Below, piece after piece: positions 1 to 14,252 of a stretch of DNA of 64,000 bases. Under the pieces are notes generated by a model that saw nothing but the letters and a program-made list of their open reading frames with translations, ran no database searches and was not told where the DNA came from. A program made the position numbers and the translations under genes. Numbering within the stretch: the first letter of the stretch is position 1; every line of letters starts with the position of its first letter. The DNA comes from Patellaria atrata CBS 101060 (Eukaryota): positions 2,162,022-2,226,021 of the forward strand of contig MU006090.1 of NCBI GenBank assembly GCA_010093705.1, read 5' to 3'.

Positions 1-1427
1 GTGATATCGACTTACCTTTTCCAGTATTATTACTAACCCCTTTTCGAAGATTGATCATGACTACCCTTAAATTGTTAACATTTTTTAGGTTCTTTACTAG
101 ACCATCGAGATGTTCTGTGTTGTCGGGTCGGACGAAGAAGGAGATAGTATTCAATCGCTCTTTGATGACTTGAACATTCATACTGGGACGCAGAAAGTAT
201 TGGCGGAGTAAATATTTCCCCTGTGGCGTTCGTGCTAGATGATGAAATAAACCATAGATCGAAAGACCTTCCTTCGATCCTGATGTTGCTTTCGTAGGGC
301 CTTGATTGTGCGAGTGTGGATGACTCTCGGATTGCATTATCTGTAACGAAAGTAGAGTGTCCGCATTAATGAACCTGTACGGAAATCTTATTACTTCCCC
401 TGATAGCTCTTATAACAGCCTCGTGACTTACATAGAGTCTTTAAGAGTGTACATTTCGATCGTCGAGATCCTGAACATGGCACTAGCAGCTCTGTCGCCG
501 GGTAGATATGCTGTTGCTCTTCTTCTTTGCAGGTAGGAGATGACAGCACCTGCACACCCGACAGTAAGACGACTCTCTACGTCAACCCAACCCGAGAGTC
601 GTAATAAAAGGCCCTGTTGCCCAGTTCCTTTGCCATCACCACCTCCGTCCTCTCCTGTAACGTCACCAGGGACGACAAATGTGACATGTGGACCCGCAGC
701 TGAACCAATGTTTAAATTGGCAAGCTTGTTCTTTGCTGCTTCATAATTGAACTCAGGTGACGGACGGACTTCAAGAAGATACGGTAGTCGAAATTGATCA
801 TCTGTGGGTACGGTAAGCACTGTAAAAGTGTTTAGCATGCATCATCCGACCTACGGTTACGATTTACGGACCCTCTTTCCCATAGTTCAGGATCCAGTCT
901 GTCGACAATCTCTTCGTCTATCCTCGTAGACACAAGTATGACCGTCGGGTCTATGTAGGTCTTGACTAGCGAAAGTAAATATAAAAGCTCAAGTCAATAC
1001 TGACTGGCAACTTACGGGAATCAACGACATCCACGCCGCCGAACTTGGCGTCTTCCATGAAGTAAAGTTTCTCCTCATGAGCCACATAGTAGCAACAGCC
1101 AACCGTCCCCAGTTCTCTAAGGTCGACGGCCATGACAACCTCGTTCAATGTGTCGTCATCTTCATTGTCATGGATAGATGCTGGTGACCTCGATGTACCG
1201 TCATTAATAGTACGTTGGTCAACAGTAGATGGAGCATTAGATTCATTTCGCTCAGGAGGGAAGATCTGGACTATTCGACGCGCTGCTTGCGGTCTCGGTG
1301 TCGCTGACGGTTGGGAGGATCGTGGCACTGAGGACCGTGAAGCGGGATTCTGACGGCTGTGACTTGCTATGCTTGAGGAAGTCACAGATTTGCTTTGATT
1401 TCGTTTACGGAAAAAACTGGGAGGCAT
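1..1427 (-). CDS. MSH5: MutS homolog 5 (meiotic), 5' part; exons about 1427-1016, 965-855, ~819-432, 374-16, then continues past the window start
   Basis: Peptides VMAVDLRELGTVGCCYY, SRLTVGCAGAVISYLQRRRA and FINADTLLSLQI...SKEGLSIYGLFHHLARTPQGKYLLRQYFLRP match fungal Msh5. GT-AG introns join the ORF pieces. Confidence 0.88.
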
Positions 1428-1826
1428 TTTGACGGTACGGTCTGGAAAGTGATGAAGAGCTTGAGAGTAAGGTTGATGGGAGATGAAGGGAAGAGGAGAT
1501 GGAGTTCCAAAATAGGAAACAGCAGGACGAGAACCTAAGGTACCTTAGGATCATCAACTAATTCATGGATTGCTTCATAAGGACAGATAACTTCGAAAGA
1601 GATGAGATTTGACCCAAGTAAACTACAGATCTGAACTGGATATATTACGACCTTGATAAACTTACACTTACAATGCCTCTTCCAGGTTAACCTACTCAGA
1701 TACAGAAAAATACCCATACTATACAAAAGCATCGCATACCTACAGGGATACCTGTACTTTAAAACAGATTAAAGAGTAGGAACTCCTTTATGTATTATCA
1801 TCGTGAATATTAAACTCCGCCTCTGG

Positions 1827-4214
1827 CTATGAGTTTGGGTTAATCACATCTAACCCGTCAGCGCCGTCCTTGATAACAACCTTGGCTACATCACCGCTCT
1901 TGATTACGCCACGAATAATCTTATCTGCAAGACTATTGCCGACCTGCTTCGAAATCAAACGATTAAGAGGCCTCGCTCCGTAACGTGGATCGTAGCCCCT
2001 TTCGCACAGCCAGTTTTTAACGCTCTCTGCAACATCTAGTGTGATACGACGCTCATCAAGTCTCGCCTGAAGTTCCTTCAATCGGATGTCTACTATGTCC
2101 CGAAGGGCAGAGCGCGAGAGTCGCTTGAAGATGATAAACTCATCTAGGCGGTTGAGGAACTCGGGGGGGTAATGGGAAGCTACGACGTCCATGACTTGTT
2201 TCTTGACATGAGACGATATCTCCCCACCTTGATCGGAACCAAGACCCTCATCACCAACAATAATGTCAGCGCCAAGATTGGAGGTCAATACGATAATCGT
2301 GGATCGGAAATCAACCTTGTGTCCTTGGGCATCGGTCAGAAAACCTTCGTCGAGGACCTGCAAGAGCAGAGTTGAGATATCCCGATGAGCTTTCTCGAAC
2401 TCGTCGAATAGAAGAACTGCGTATGGCTTGCGGCGAACAGCTTCAGTGAGCTGACCCGCATCCTCGTACCCAACGTAGCCTGCTGGGCTACCGATGAGCC
2501 TGCTCACAGTATGCTTCTCCTGGAACTCGCTCATATCAAACCTGATGACAGATTGTTCCGTGGAAAAGAGGAACTCTGCCATCTTCTTGCACAGCTCAGT
2601 CTTGCCGACACCTGTCGGGCCAAGGAACATGAAGCTGGCCAAAGGTCGATTTTCGCTGTTCAGTCCGGCGCGTTGCATTCTAACTGCATTCGCTACAGAT
2701 GTCAATGCCTCATCTTGGCCACGTACAGATTGACGTAGCGTATCTTCCATGTGGATGAGCTTTTCAACTTCACCGGTCATCAATTTCGTAACTGGAATTC
2801 CTGTAGTTCTGCTCACGACCCTAGCGATATCATCCGATGTCACTGAATCGTGAATGAGTGATTCCGCGGAGGTCCCATCTGTGGATTTCTCCGCCCCTTC
2901 CTGAGGGAGTTTTCTCTGTAGCGCAGGGATTGTGGCATATCTCAATTCGCTGGCCTTTGCAAAGTTGCCTTCTCGTTGAGCTTGCTCTAGTTCCAAGCGG
3001 GCTTTTTCGAGATCTGCTTGAAGCTTCTTGATCTCTTCAATTTCAGCGCGTTCCTTGTCCCATTTCTCGGTCAGCGAAGCGGCTTCCGCCTGTTTCTCCT
3101 TGAGGGTCTGTTCCAGTTTCTCGCGTCGTTCTGTACTCGCTATGTCCTTTTCTTTGCGTAGTGATTCGAGTTCGATTTGGATAGTCATGATTTGGCGGTC
3201 GAGCTCTTGAATGGCGTCCGGTTTACTCTCTTGTTGAAGGCGCAGAGCGCTCGCCGCTTCATCAACTAGATCAATAGCCTTATCTGGTAGAAATCGATCG
3301 GTGATGTATCGATTGCTGTACGTAGCTGCCGCAACAAGCGCACCATCTGTGATCCGTACGCCATGGTGAACTTCGTATCGTTCCTTGATACCGCGTAGGA
3401 TTGAAATGGTATCCTGAACAGTGGGTTCTCCGACTAAGATGGGTTGAAATCTCCGCGCGAGGGCGACATCCTTCTCAATCTGTCTGTACTCATTAAGGGT
3501 TGTAGCGCCGCAACATTGTAGTTCGCCTCGGGAAAGAGCTGGTTTTAAAAGATTGCTTGCATCAATGCTTCCTTCTGTCTTGCCCAGACCCAAAAGAGTG
3601 TGTAGTTCATCGACGAACAGAATGACACCCCCTTTCGCTTCCTCCACCTCTTTCAAAACTGCCTTCAAGCGCTCCTCGAAGTCGCCGCGGTATTTTGCGC
3701 CAGCGATAAGTTGTCCGAGGTCCAAGGAGATGACTCGCTTCTCCTTGATGGATTCTGGTACATCACCCCTAACAATACGTTGCGCTAAACCCTCAAGGAT
3801 AGCAGTTTTGCCAGTACCAGCGGAGCCTATCAATACTGGATTGTTTTTTGTCCTCCGAGAGAGGATTTGAATTGTACGGTGTATTTCGGCATCTCTTCCT
3901 ATTACTGGATCTAGTTTACCGTCCCTAGCCCGAGCAGTCAGATCTACGCCGTATTGTTCCAATGCGGGCTTCTCCTCTCTGCCACCTAGATTCATGCGAT
4001 GAGTTCCACTGGGAGGGTGCGGTCGACCGCCCGACGCCCATCGTCGGCTTTGAGAAACTCGTAATGCATTCGGACATTGATTCAGCTTTATTGGATTGGC
4101 TATATGGAGGAGATATTGTGGAATTGCGATCGGTTGTGGTCTAACATCATTGATGCCGGACCTAAGTAATGATGTTGATCGCCTTGCGGCAATTCGTGTT
4201 TGCGTTGATAACAT
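1827..4214 (-). CDS. HSP78: Mitochondrial ClpB/Hsp100 disaggregase Hsp78
   Basis: Two AAA+ modules ([16 protein letters not shown]), LDPVIGRD and GARPLNR motifs. Arg/Ser-rich presequence, no Clp N-domain, intronless. Confidence 0.96.
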   Translation of the reverse strand: MLSTQTRIAARRSTSLLRSGINDVRPQPIAIPQYLLHIANPIKLNQCPNALRVSQSRRWASGGRPHPPSGTHRMNLGGREEKPALEQYGVDLTARARDGKLDPVIGRDAEIHRTIQILSRRTKNNPVLIGSAGTGKTAILEGLAQRIVRGDVPESIKEKRVISLDLGQLIAGAKYRGDFEERLKAVLKEVEEAKGGVILFVDELHTLLGLGKTEGSIDASNLLKPALSRGELQCCGATTLNEYRQIEKDVALARRFQPILVGEPTVQDTISILRGIKERYEVHHGVRITDGALVAAATYSNRYITDRFLPDKAIDLVDEAASALRLQQESKPDAIQELDRQIMTIQIELESLRKEKDIASTERREKLEQTLKEKQAEAASLTEKWDKERAEIEEIKKLQADLEKARLELEQAQREGNFAKASELRYATIPALQRKLPQEGAEKSTDGTSAESLIHDSVTSDDIARVVSRTTGIPVTKLMTGEVEKLIHMEDTLRQSVRGQDEALTSVANAVRMQRAGLNSENRPLASFMFLGPTGVGKTELCKKMAEFLFSTEQSVIRFDMSEFQEKHTVSRLIGSPAGYVGYEDAGQLTEAVRRKPYAVLLFDEFEKAHRDISTLLLQVLDEGFLTDAQGHKVDFRSTIIVLTSNLGADIIVGDEGLGSDQGGEISSHVKKQVMDVVASHYPPEFLNRLDEFIIFKRLSRSALRDIVDIRLKELQARLDERRITLDVAESVKNWLCERGYDPRYGARPLNRLISKQVGNSLADKIIRGVIKSGDVAKVVIKDGADGLDVINPNS

Positions 4215-4345
4215 TCAAAATCTATGTGAGAATGTAGATCAGTACTAATGTGTAAATAATGTTTGGGAATATGAGTGACTGCTGAGGTGAGGGATGATAA
4301 TATAACGTTCATGGTGGACTACGAATACTGAATTGAAGACGAGAG

Positions 4346-4378
4346 CTCCAGTACTTTCTCGAAGCATTTCACCGCTTC
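4346..4378. promoter_or_regulatory. Possible heat-shock element in the 338-bp divergent HSP78/EFB1 promoter
   Basis: TTCtcGAA at 4356-4363 with an in-phase TTC at 4376 (imperfect nGAAn array) upstream of an Hsp100 gene. Confidence 0.35.
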
Positions 4379-4552
4379 TGATTGGCAAAGTTCCCTTGGC
4401 GCTCCCCACGTTTGTTGCCCGTGCGTTCGCCTGGCCGCTCGCGGAATTTTCTCTCATCTCTGACTCGAAACAAGCCACCAGAGCCCAATACCAATCTCTC
4501 ACTTTTCTATCATTCTACCACTCTTAGACCTACATATAAGACAGAAGCAATT

Positions 4553-5597
4553 ATGGGTTTCATTGATCTTCTATCCGATGCGGGCTTGACCCGTAAGTAC
4601 CTCGCTCATATAGACTTGATTGATAGCGTATATCCTACCATGGGGCATTTGCTAAGTACACGTCGATAGTACTCAACAACTGGGTCAAGACACGAAGCTA
4701 TATCATAGGGTGAGTCAAACTCTTCTTCGAAAGATTCCTCTTGTTCTTCCCCACTCTTTTATACTGTTATGATGAACAATATTCGTCCGTGTTTATGAGG
4801 CGGCTTAAGACCCCGCCGAATGATCTCAAACGTTGCGTAAACCGCACCTCTGACCCCTTTCCATTTCTGGAACTATTCAACATTGTATTGAAAGTCATCG
4901 TTTAGCAGTAAATCTAACAGGCTCGTAGATATGCCCCATCCCAAGCGGACGTGAAAGTCTATGAGGGTGTTAGCGCTCCTCCTCCAGTCGAGAAGTACCC
5001 ATTCGCATACAGATGGTGGAAGCACATCGACAGCTTCAAGTCCGAATTCTCTTCTCTACCGGGTGACCCATCCAAGGCCGCAGATGCGTATGGTCCCGAA
5101 CAGACTGAGCTACCTGTCAACCCCTCAAAGGCTCCCGCAGAGGCAGAGGATGACGAGGACGTCGATCTCTTCGGTAGTGATGATGAGGAGGAGGACGCAG
5201 AAGCTGCTAGGATCAGGGAGGAGAGGCTCGCTGAATACAAGAAGAAGAAGGAGGGCAAGATTAAGCCGGCAGCCAAGTCTATTGTCACTCTGGACGTCAA
5301 ACCTTGGGGTGAGTCATACCTCAATTCTCAAATCCAATCGAGGGTAAATTCTAACGTATCTGAACAGATGACGAGACCGATATGAAGGAGTTAGAGGCGA
5401 ATGTCCGTGGCATCGAGCAGGATGGCTTGGTCTGGGGTGCCAGCAAGCTTGTCGCCGTCGGCTTCGGCATCAAGAAGCTCCAGATTAATTTGGTCATTGA
5501 AGACGATAAGGTGTCTCTTGACGAACTTCAGAGCAAGATCGAAGAGTTCGAGGACCATGTCCAATCCACCGATGTTGCTGCCATGCAAAAGCTGTAG
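4553..5597 (+). CDS. EFB1: Translation elongation factor 1-beta; exons 4553-4592, 4670-4709, 4929-5308, 5368-5597
   Basis: [54 protein letters not shown] and [13 protein letters not shown] end. Canonical splice sites give one continuous frame. Confidence 0.96.
4765..4856 (+). ncRNA. snR18: Intronic box C/D snoRNA, U18/snR18 type
   Basis: Lies in EF-1beta intron 2 (4710-4928). Box C ATGATGA 4769-4775; guide GTCCGTGTTT 4785-4794 followed by D' ATGA; internal stem GGCGG/CCGCC; box D CTGA 4850-4853. The guide matches the U18 antisense element, and yeast snR18 is also hosted in the EFB1 intron. Confidence 0.85.
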
Positions 5598-5874
5598 ATC
5601 AGCGAATTTCATATCATACTCGGTTCTGCATGGTAAGCTACGGCTAGGGATGAAATGAATATGTCATGATGCTTCACGAATTCTATGCATCCAAAAAGCT
5701 AGATGAAATCCACGAGTCTCAAATGGACCCTTCGTGACAAGACTTTGCCCTGTGTTGTATAGTGATTCCATAAAGTGCTAATGCCACAAGGGAACAACTA
5801 TGAACGCTACATTTCAGCATCTGCAATCCCAAATAACAGTATGGTAACTCTATGCAATGCTCAATAAAGGTATA

Positions 5875-8070
5875 TCAATCGTCCTCGTCATCACTCCCAA
5901 AAACTGCACGGAAGAGGTCATCACCAGCCTTTTCGCCTTCCAACGCCTCATTTCTCTCAACGTCCACCACAGCCATCCGCTGCGGTGCCTGCACTGGTAT
6001 CGTCTTTGCGCCCTCATGAGCCCCAGCACTACTAACCTCGAGATTCTTCAATGACCCTTTCACCAGCTGTTCCACATCCATCTGACTGATCACGTCCGTT
6101 TTATTCGGATTGTGCCTCCCCTCACCCGCCTCGTTTCCCTCTTTACCCGTATCCGACATCACATGCGCCGGCGGCTTCACATTAAACCGCTTGCACAGCA
6201 GCCTAGTCGGATACCACCTCTCCACCCTCCTCGTCATGTGCCCATACATACCCATCCGGGCCGCCTCCTCCGCTGGATCTTCTACCTTTTTCGGGGTTGA
6301 CAGCAGTTCTGGTCCGCCTTCCTTTCCTGAACCCGGGTCTAACGCTCCGGCCGTGGAGGTAGTGAACCGAGACGCCATAGCCCCACTTACGGGCTTAAAA
6401 ACCATGGCTGCCTGCGCAAATTCCCTCAACTCACTTACCCAGCCCTGCTCCGACGCCCGAGGTGCCCTACGCGGAAGCATCTCCCTCCCCCTTTTAACCC
6501 CATCCGTCCTCGCCTTGAGCTCCAAAAAAGCCCTATACCGCTCCCGTTTCTCCAAATCATCTGCATAAAGCATCCAACCCCTCTTTAACGCAGCGTCTGC
6601 AGTTTCTTTATCCAGTTGAGGTACTAGCGCCCAGAGGTCGGCCTGTTTTTGCTCCTCCGTCTTACGGTGTTCGGATGGGGGTGCCTCGCTTTTCGCTGGA
6701 GGAAGGTCAGAGCGGCCGGTTGCGGAGGCGAGCTTGTTGCGGGTGGCTGGTGAGAGGAAGTCGAAGACTGACTTGCCGGGGAGAGGTGACTCGCCGAGGA
6801 GGGCAGCGCGAGCGGTGGGGTTGAGAGTTGACGCCTTGGCGGCATCTTTTGTGGATTGATAGGATGGTGTGCTGGATTTGGTTGCGGCATCGGGAGAGGT
6901 TGTAGCTTTGGAGGGTTTCCAGTCCGGGGGCACCTTTGGGGGTGGATATTCATTCTCGGATTGGAGGGAGGAACGGGTAGAGAGGACGAAGCCGTCGAGT
7001 GGCAAGCGTCCGTCGCGGCATTTGCGAAAGCCGTTGGTGAGTTTGTGGTTGAGGGACTTTTTAGAGACAAAGGTTGGTCTGGTGGCTAGCAAAGGGTTCG
7101 CGGCTGCTTTGCTGACAACCTTTTTGGGTTTCTTCTCGGGACCTAAGACACGCTTATATGATAGCTTTGGGCCTATTTCGTAGGGGTCCTCGTCGTCTGA
7201 GCCGGTGTCGTTGAGGATGCCCACCCCGAAGCCGCTTTTTCTAGCTTTGGGTTTTTTGAATAGCGACGTAGTTTTGATGCTCATAATGGGATCTATATCA
7301 TCTCTGCCATCTTCAAGGTTCTTTTTTCCATCATCCAAGCGCTTCAGGCTTCCCTCGCTCGCGAAACCTAGACCCTTCTGATCGTTCTTCCGGTTGAATG
7401 AGATCATTGGAGAGTTTTCGGGCGCGAACAGGTGTGTCTCCCGGTCCGGCTCCCCATTTTCACCTGTCGTATCATCAAGACAGGCCTTCCTACGTACCCT
7501 AGGTCCGACACCTTGTCCCTGTCGCCAACCCATCTTCTGTAGCAAGTTGACCCCCATAGTAACTCCTGAAGTCCTGGCGATGTCCATGAGAATGTGCCTG
7601 CGTTTGGTATCGTTCTCTGTGGATCCCAATGCAGCGAAAGAATCGGCGGTCTGTAGTTTCTCTGCCTCAGCCTGCTCTGCTAGGTCTTCCTCATCCATGA
7701 AATCTTCTGGTTTCTGTTGTCTAGACTTCTGGTCTTGATGCCGGTTCGTGCGGGAAGAGACGAAGGTGGAAGGGGTCCATCCTTCTTTTGAACCTACGGA
7801 ATTAAAATACCTTCAAAACGGTCTTAGTATGGTGAAGTTGTCCAGGAAGTTAAGTAGTACTTACCCAGCGCTGAATCCACCAGTAAACGCTCCGTGGAGT
7901 CGTTTCCTCCCTCTCTCATCAGTAACTTCTTGCTTCCAGATCGGTACGTAAGACCCATCATCTCGAGCGGAAGAGTCTAGTGGGGGTAGTGGAGTGCCGT
8001 AAAAGGCGTATGGCGATTCTTGTCTCTGGAGGTCTGCTTCATATGCCGTTCTAGATCTCTTTGACGCCAT
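5875..8070 (-). CDS. G-patch domain protein (GPATCH1/DUF1604 family, splicing associated); exons 8070-7865, 7810-5875
   Basis: [41 protein letters not shown] (DUF1604), G-patch [17 protein letters not shown], and [13 protein letters not shown]. Confidence 0.9.
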
Positions 8071-9217
8071 CTTTCCCTAGGCCTTGGATGCTGTCCAGAC
8101 ATTGATGCTTGTATATATGCTATCTTAGCATGACGAGGTCAGAAGTGGTATCCCAAAGATGATTCGCAGACACGGAAAAATATAACAATTGAGCATGAAA
8201 GTCTGGAATACAAGGCATTGATTAGATAAGATGTAGATCTGACCAGCTTGAGAAGGCTAGTCTGGCGGTAACCGGAATAGAACTATTTCTAGGGGTAAGG
8301 TGCAAAAGTACAGCACCTTTTCTTTGCAGTGACAATAGAATTACCATATTAGTCAACATTCGATTACAGCTCAAGATACCTCAGCTTATACCTTACTTGA
8401 ATCTCGCATTTAAGAGCAGACGGGAATCTTATTATAGAGAAAGCAGCAACTAAAGGCCCATACCCTAAAGAAGTCTGAATAAATATTGTACTGTATAGTA
8501 CAGTACATGGTAAGGTAACAGCTACCGTAGTGGTCCGTACTATCTCTCCGTTTAGCCTCACACTATCTTCAATTCTACCCGACACTTGATTGTGGACCAA
8601 TTCGGTCCTCCTAGAATTCCCGTCGTACTGCTATATTTCGTTGCAGTACCGTAGTGACCACTTCGTTCAGGAACTCGAGAAGTTGAAAGACAATTCGAAA
8701 AGAGCCTTCAGGTATCCGGTTTGGGGTTTGCATGCAAGGTATAGTAGAGATTTAAAGAAGCGAACGGCGCAGAGATTGCCCTGACAAGCGCCCAGGTGCC
8801 CCTTCCGCTAGAGTTCTAGTTGCTCTTTGCTCTTGCTTCCCCATCCACCTCCAGGTTCACCCTACTTTGAGACATCCTCTCTCTGTATCAACCCTCACGC
8901 GCCTGTTGTGGTATGTATCTCAAACATCCGTGATCTAATCGATTTACTTGAACTCGGTCAGCCTTAAATCTGAACTGAACAGCTTTCGACAGACGGGCAA
9001 CAGCGGGTGTCAGGTTCATCTGAATCTGGAGAGTAGAGGCCTTCCCACGTCACTCCCTTCAAACAGCTCCAGCACCCGTGCGTTCCTCCTTGCTCAACCC
9101 AATCTACCTGAAGCTCTCGGCCTCTTCACAACCAAAATCTTTGTTTCTACAGGATAGAGCCACAATCTGTCAAACGACCGTGATCGCGGTTAAATCCTAA
9201 TTTAGATCTACATCAAA

Positions 9218-12200
9218 ATGTCATCAGCAGCACCAAATTCACCGTCTGTAGCTCGGAGTGCGACCACGTCGCGTCGCCAACAGAGCGTCACAAACCCCGC
9301 CGACCGTCCACACAGGTCTCAATCTACAACAACACGACCGTCCGCTCCTCCAGGCTCCCCTCATCGCTCTCACTCACATTCACACTCACACTCGCGCTCC
9401 TCACAGCAGGGCAACCTATTTAACGTTGCTCGTCGGGACTTTGAGCAAAGCAACGTTGCGCATCCTCCCTCAGCTTCAAGGCGAAGCGAATCAAGGGACG
9501 GCAACCGGGCAGCACCCACTCCCTCGAGAACCGAATCCGCTAGAAGGACTTCTTCGCGCTCTGGACACGCGCGTCATGCTTCAGACGCTTCAGCAATGAG
9601 TAACGCCGCCACCAACGGAGAGGCTAGAGCAATTCCAACGGCCAGTGGGCAGCCCCGGAGAAGGACTACAATAGGTGCATCAACTGGGCAATGGTTACTA
9701 GGCAAGACGATCGGAGCTGGAAGTATGGGAAAGGTGAAGTTGGCAAGAAACATGGACACTGGAGAACAGGTAACGAGGCTTTATTCCGAGTCCCGTCACT
9801 CCTTTTGCTAACGGTCTCACAAGGTCGCCGTCAAGATCGTCCCTCGCCAGTCTACAGATGAGCATAGGACGCAACAAGACCGCGAAAGAGCGGATCATTC
9901 CAAAGAGGTTCGAACTGCGAGGGAGGCGGCGATCGTCAGCCTCGTCAATCATCCATATATTTGCGGCATGCGGGATGTCGTCCGGACGAACTATCATTGG
10001 TACATGCTGTTCGAATACGTAAATGGAGGTCAGATGCTCGACTACATCATATCACATGGCCGTCTAAAGGAGAAACAAGCTCGTAAATTCGGACGCCAAA
10101 TCGCTAGCGCCCTTGATTACTGCCACCGCAATAGTATAGTTCACAGAGACCTTAAGATTGAAAACATTCTGATCAGCAAGACGGGCGATATTAAGATTAT
10201 TGATTTTGGCCTTAGTAACCTTTTCTCCCCTAGAAGTCATCTCAAGACTTTCTGTGGGAGTCTTTATTTTGCTGCACCGGAATTATTACAAGCCAAGCAG
10301 TACACCGGTCCGGAAGTAGATATATGGAGTTTTGGCATCGTTTTATACGTTCTTGTATGCGGAAAGGTCCCTTTTGATGACCAAAGCATGCCTCAGTTGC
10401 ATGCAAAGATAAAGAAAGGAGTCGTTGACTATCCAGCATGGCTATCTGCAGGTAGGTGCATTTGTGACCCTTCATATTTCTAGACTGACTTTGAAATTGT
10501 AGAATGTAAAAACTTGATTTCTCGGATGTTGGTTACCGATCCCCGGCAACGTGCGAGTCTCAGTGAGATTCTAAACCATCCATGGATTACAAAAGGCTTT
10601 AATGCTCCCCCGGAGAATTTTCTTCCTCATCGGGAGCCGATACAGTTACCTCTAGACTCACAAATAATCGAAAAGATGACCGGTTTTGATTTTGGATCAA
10701 ATGCGTATATCACAACTCAGCTCACTAAAGTCATCGAATCTGAGGATTACCAGCACGCTGTTCGTGTCGCTGCACGAAAGAACCAACAAGCTCAGACGCC
10801 AGATCAGGAACGTAAACGAGGAGTTTTCGATTTCTACAAACGGCGAAACTCTACCACAAGCAGAGACACCCTCAGCAATCCTTCATTCGAAGCATTGTCA
10901 CTAGGCAATGACCCTGTCAACGCTTATAGCCCATTGCTTTCGGTTTACTACCTAGTTCGAGAGAAGCAGGAGCGGGAAAAGTCCGAAGCGAATCCCGGAG
11001 CTCTCAGCATGCCTATGTCTCCTGGTGAGCAACCACTGAAACTACCGGATCTTCCGGCACCCGAAGCTGCACATACCAATTCTGCAGCTTATGAGATGAA
11101 AGGCGAGAAACCTACTGGTGGTCGATCGCGCCCAAGAGCAAGAACCCATGGCGAGGACGAGGTCACTGAAGGTCTACAGAAGTTGAATCTCAACGTCCCT
11201 GGTGGTCCAGTCTCGCCTGCAATCATCACACCTCCAAGTGAACAACCTTACAAAAAGGAAAGTACCGCTGCCGGCTTGCTTCGAAGATTTAGCACACGAC
11301 GACATAAGGAGCCTGATCGAGAAAGGCATAGTCCAATGCCGCCACCTTCAGTCGCCGTCTCGACACCTCCAACTGAGAGTAGCAACTTTATACGAAAGAG
11401 CTTCAGCGTTAGACGCTCACGAGATAAGGATGCACCCTCTCCGGCCCATCTGCAGCCCACTTCACCTCAGCATCAGCAGACAGAGCTGTTAACTCCGCCG
11501 GCAACAACAGGTGGCTCTTCTAGACGGCTGAAAGGACTGGGCAGGTCCGCAAGCGTCAATTCTACTGACATACGGCGCCGTCTATCTCGACGCGGCGGGA
11601 ATGAGAACAGCCCCGAACCTCCCCTTACAAGCGGGTCGGATCGATCCGACGCTAGCGATCAAAAACATAAAGCAGGCGATGCTGCATCGGAGGACAACGA
11701 AGCCTCTCGTCCTCGCGCTGCTCCTGCATCACGAGCCAAGTCTCTCGGTCATGCACGGAGAGAGAGCATCCAAGCTCGCCGTGCTCTACGGGAGCAAGCC
11801 AGACAGTCGAACGTACCAGAAGAGACGGACCAGGAACTCGCGGCTAGCGCCGACGACAACAGCAGGGTGAATCCCAGCTCGGAGAACATGAAGCCGGTAT
11901 ATTTGAAGGGCTTGTTTAGCGTTTCGACGACAAGCAGCCGGCCGCTGTCGTTCATCAGGTCAGATATTATCCGCGTACTTAAGCAACTCGGTGTTGACTT
12001 CCACGAAATAAAAGGCGGATTCAGCTGTCGTCACGTTCCAAGCATCGACCTGAACAAAGCAGCGGACAATCCGCCCCTCCTGACGCAGAGCGGGACCCTC
12101 GGCGGTCACAAGAGGCGCATCAGCTTCGGCGGTCTCATGGGCGGCGATAAAGAGAAGGATGAGTTCAGAGAACAGCAGAAGCCTCTACCACAAACACCAA

Positions 12201-12502
12201 AGTCAACCCGATCCCGTCATACCGCCAGACAGGATAATAGCTATACGAACTCGGACGAGTCAGACGAGAGCGATGCTAAAGACCCTAGCCGAAACAGGAG
12301 TGATAGACCTCTTCGTGCGGCGGGCGAGACAACCACACATGTACAGAGTGATATGGGTAGCAATATGGTGTTGAAGTTTGAGATCTTCCTCGTCAAGGTT
12401 CCACTACTTCAGCTGCATGGGATCCAATTTAAGAAGGTGGATGGTGGGACATGGCAGTATAAGAGCTTGGCGCAGAAGATTTTGGATGAGTTACGAATTT
12501 GA
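9218..12502 (+). CDS. KIN1: Kin1/PAR-1/MARK Ser/Thr kinase; exons 9218-9769, 9824-10451, 10503-12502
   Basis: [22 protein letters not shown] and [12 protein letters not shown] motifs; C-terminal KA1 domain ([23 protein letters not shown]...ILDELRI). Confidence 0.96.
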
Positions 12503-14252
12503 GATAGCTGATTTCCCCTAGTGGGAAGTTGACAAGCAAAGGGGATATCTGGTCTTCTAACCTCTCTTCTTTTCTTTTCTCTACTTCGAGCTATATGGCG
12601 CTGGATGCCCTTAATCCTACTATACTCTTGTCTAGAGACATCTTGAAGGACGTTTCTGGCGTACTTCCAGCTCACTACGCTAATGACGAGTTTCTTTTGT
12701 CTCTTCTTCTGTAGCAGGCTTAGCGGAGCGTTTGTAATCTATGTGCATTCCTTTCTACGTTCAACCTTTGTTCTCCTTGCTTTTCTTCTGAAAATACGAG
12801 GATTTTGTGGTACTTCGTCTTCAAACTAGATAACGGTTGACTTAGTCAAAACAAGGGTCTGTGACTGATTCCGAGTTAGATAGACTTACAACTGGCTCGA
12901 AGATGTGAGCTCGTCTGCAGGGAGGCTCAAAACATTAGGGCCCAAAGTTCCTGAACATTCAAGAATTATGCGGAGAACTTTAAACTAAGCACTCAGCGAG
13001 TGGCCACTTGGTCACAAAGAATAGCAATACCCCTGGATAACTGTACACTCCAAATCAATCCGAGAATGGTACAAAAGATGGTTCTGCATCGACCAAGTTA
13101 ATTTTCCGTGTGCCTCTAGAAGTATCACCTGCAATTACAGGGACCTTTCGGCCCGCCTCGACGAACATGCTCCAGTCGTAGCCGACTTAAACCTGCAAAG
13201 TACATCTACAACTACAACGCCGTAACGAGGAGTCTCGTCGCAAAGTACTCTCTAATCACATCGCTTTCTTACACACGGCGTGGGAATGAGCATTCTACGC
13301 GAGTAGAGGCTGGCTGAAGACTACGTTGGTGAACCAGCTCAAGCAGTCGGTCTGAGGTCGAGATGGGATACGAGAGTACAGTTCTGATTTCATTGAATCT
13401 TTGATGCTTGTTTTTATTCAAAGCCCCATCTACACCAAATAGCCTTGGATCTTCTTCAGCTTTGGATTTGTTCAGCTTGGATCTGGTCCACACTTACCCA
13501 TACAGGCGGGAGATGACACGAGTAGACTTCCAATATTCAGTTCCTCTGCTACCGTCACCGTTGGCTCGAGAAGTTTAACATCGCAATAAGCACTTGCACA
13601 ATAACCGCATCTTTAATCACCGCGAGTAATGTGGCATCACCCCTATCTCGAATCTCTCTGCAACTTCATCTTATTGATCAGCTCGATTCTTTTACACCTC
13701 CACCATTTCAAAGTATGCATCCATTGGAAGATTTCACCCCTGAATGCAATGACCCAACCACCAAAATATCTGGCTGTGTGTCTATATTGCTATTATACCG
13801 CTGAATCTCAAGCTGAGCGAGGAACAGTCTGGAGGTTGCCTATCCCGAAGAGCGGTGGATATCCACAACGAATGACCTGTCCATCTTTCGAAAAAGAAAG
13901 TAGACACTGTTGCAGCGATACAGTATAGTACTTCTGACTTCCTGCATCATGGCAAAAACATAGTTTTCTAACCAGCCACGTTTAAGCCAGCTCTTGCGCA
14001 ATCAACCTCCTCGAATTCTAGAGGAGACAACTCTGCAATATCCACTCTTCACAAAACAGTTCTCAACTATAAAAGTGCCATCCAAATCTCTCACCTTCGC
14101 TCTTTAACACATTGCAACTTTTCATCCGCGCTTGTTGTTAAGCCTCTCGAATCACCCATCTTTCGTTCGATCCCCTTGTTACCCACAATTTTATCAAATC
14201 ACCATAGCAAAACAGCACCTCGTATCAATAATTTTATATCCCACGGTCGCTT

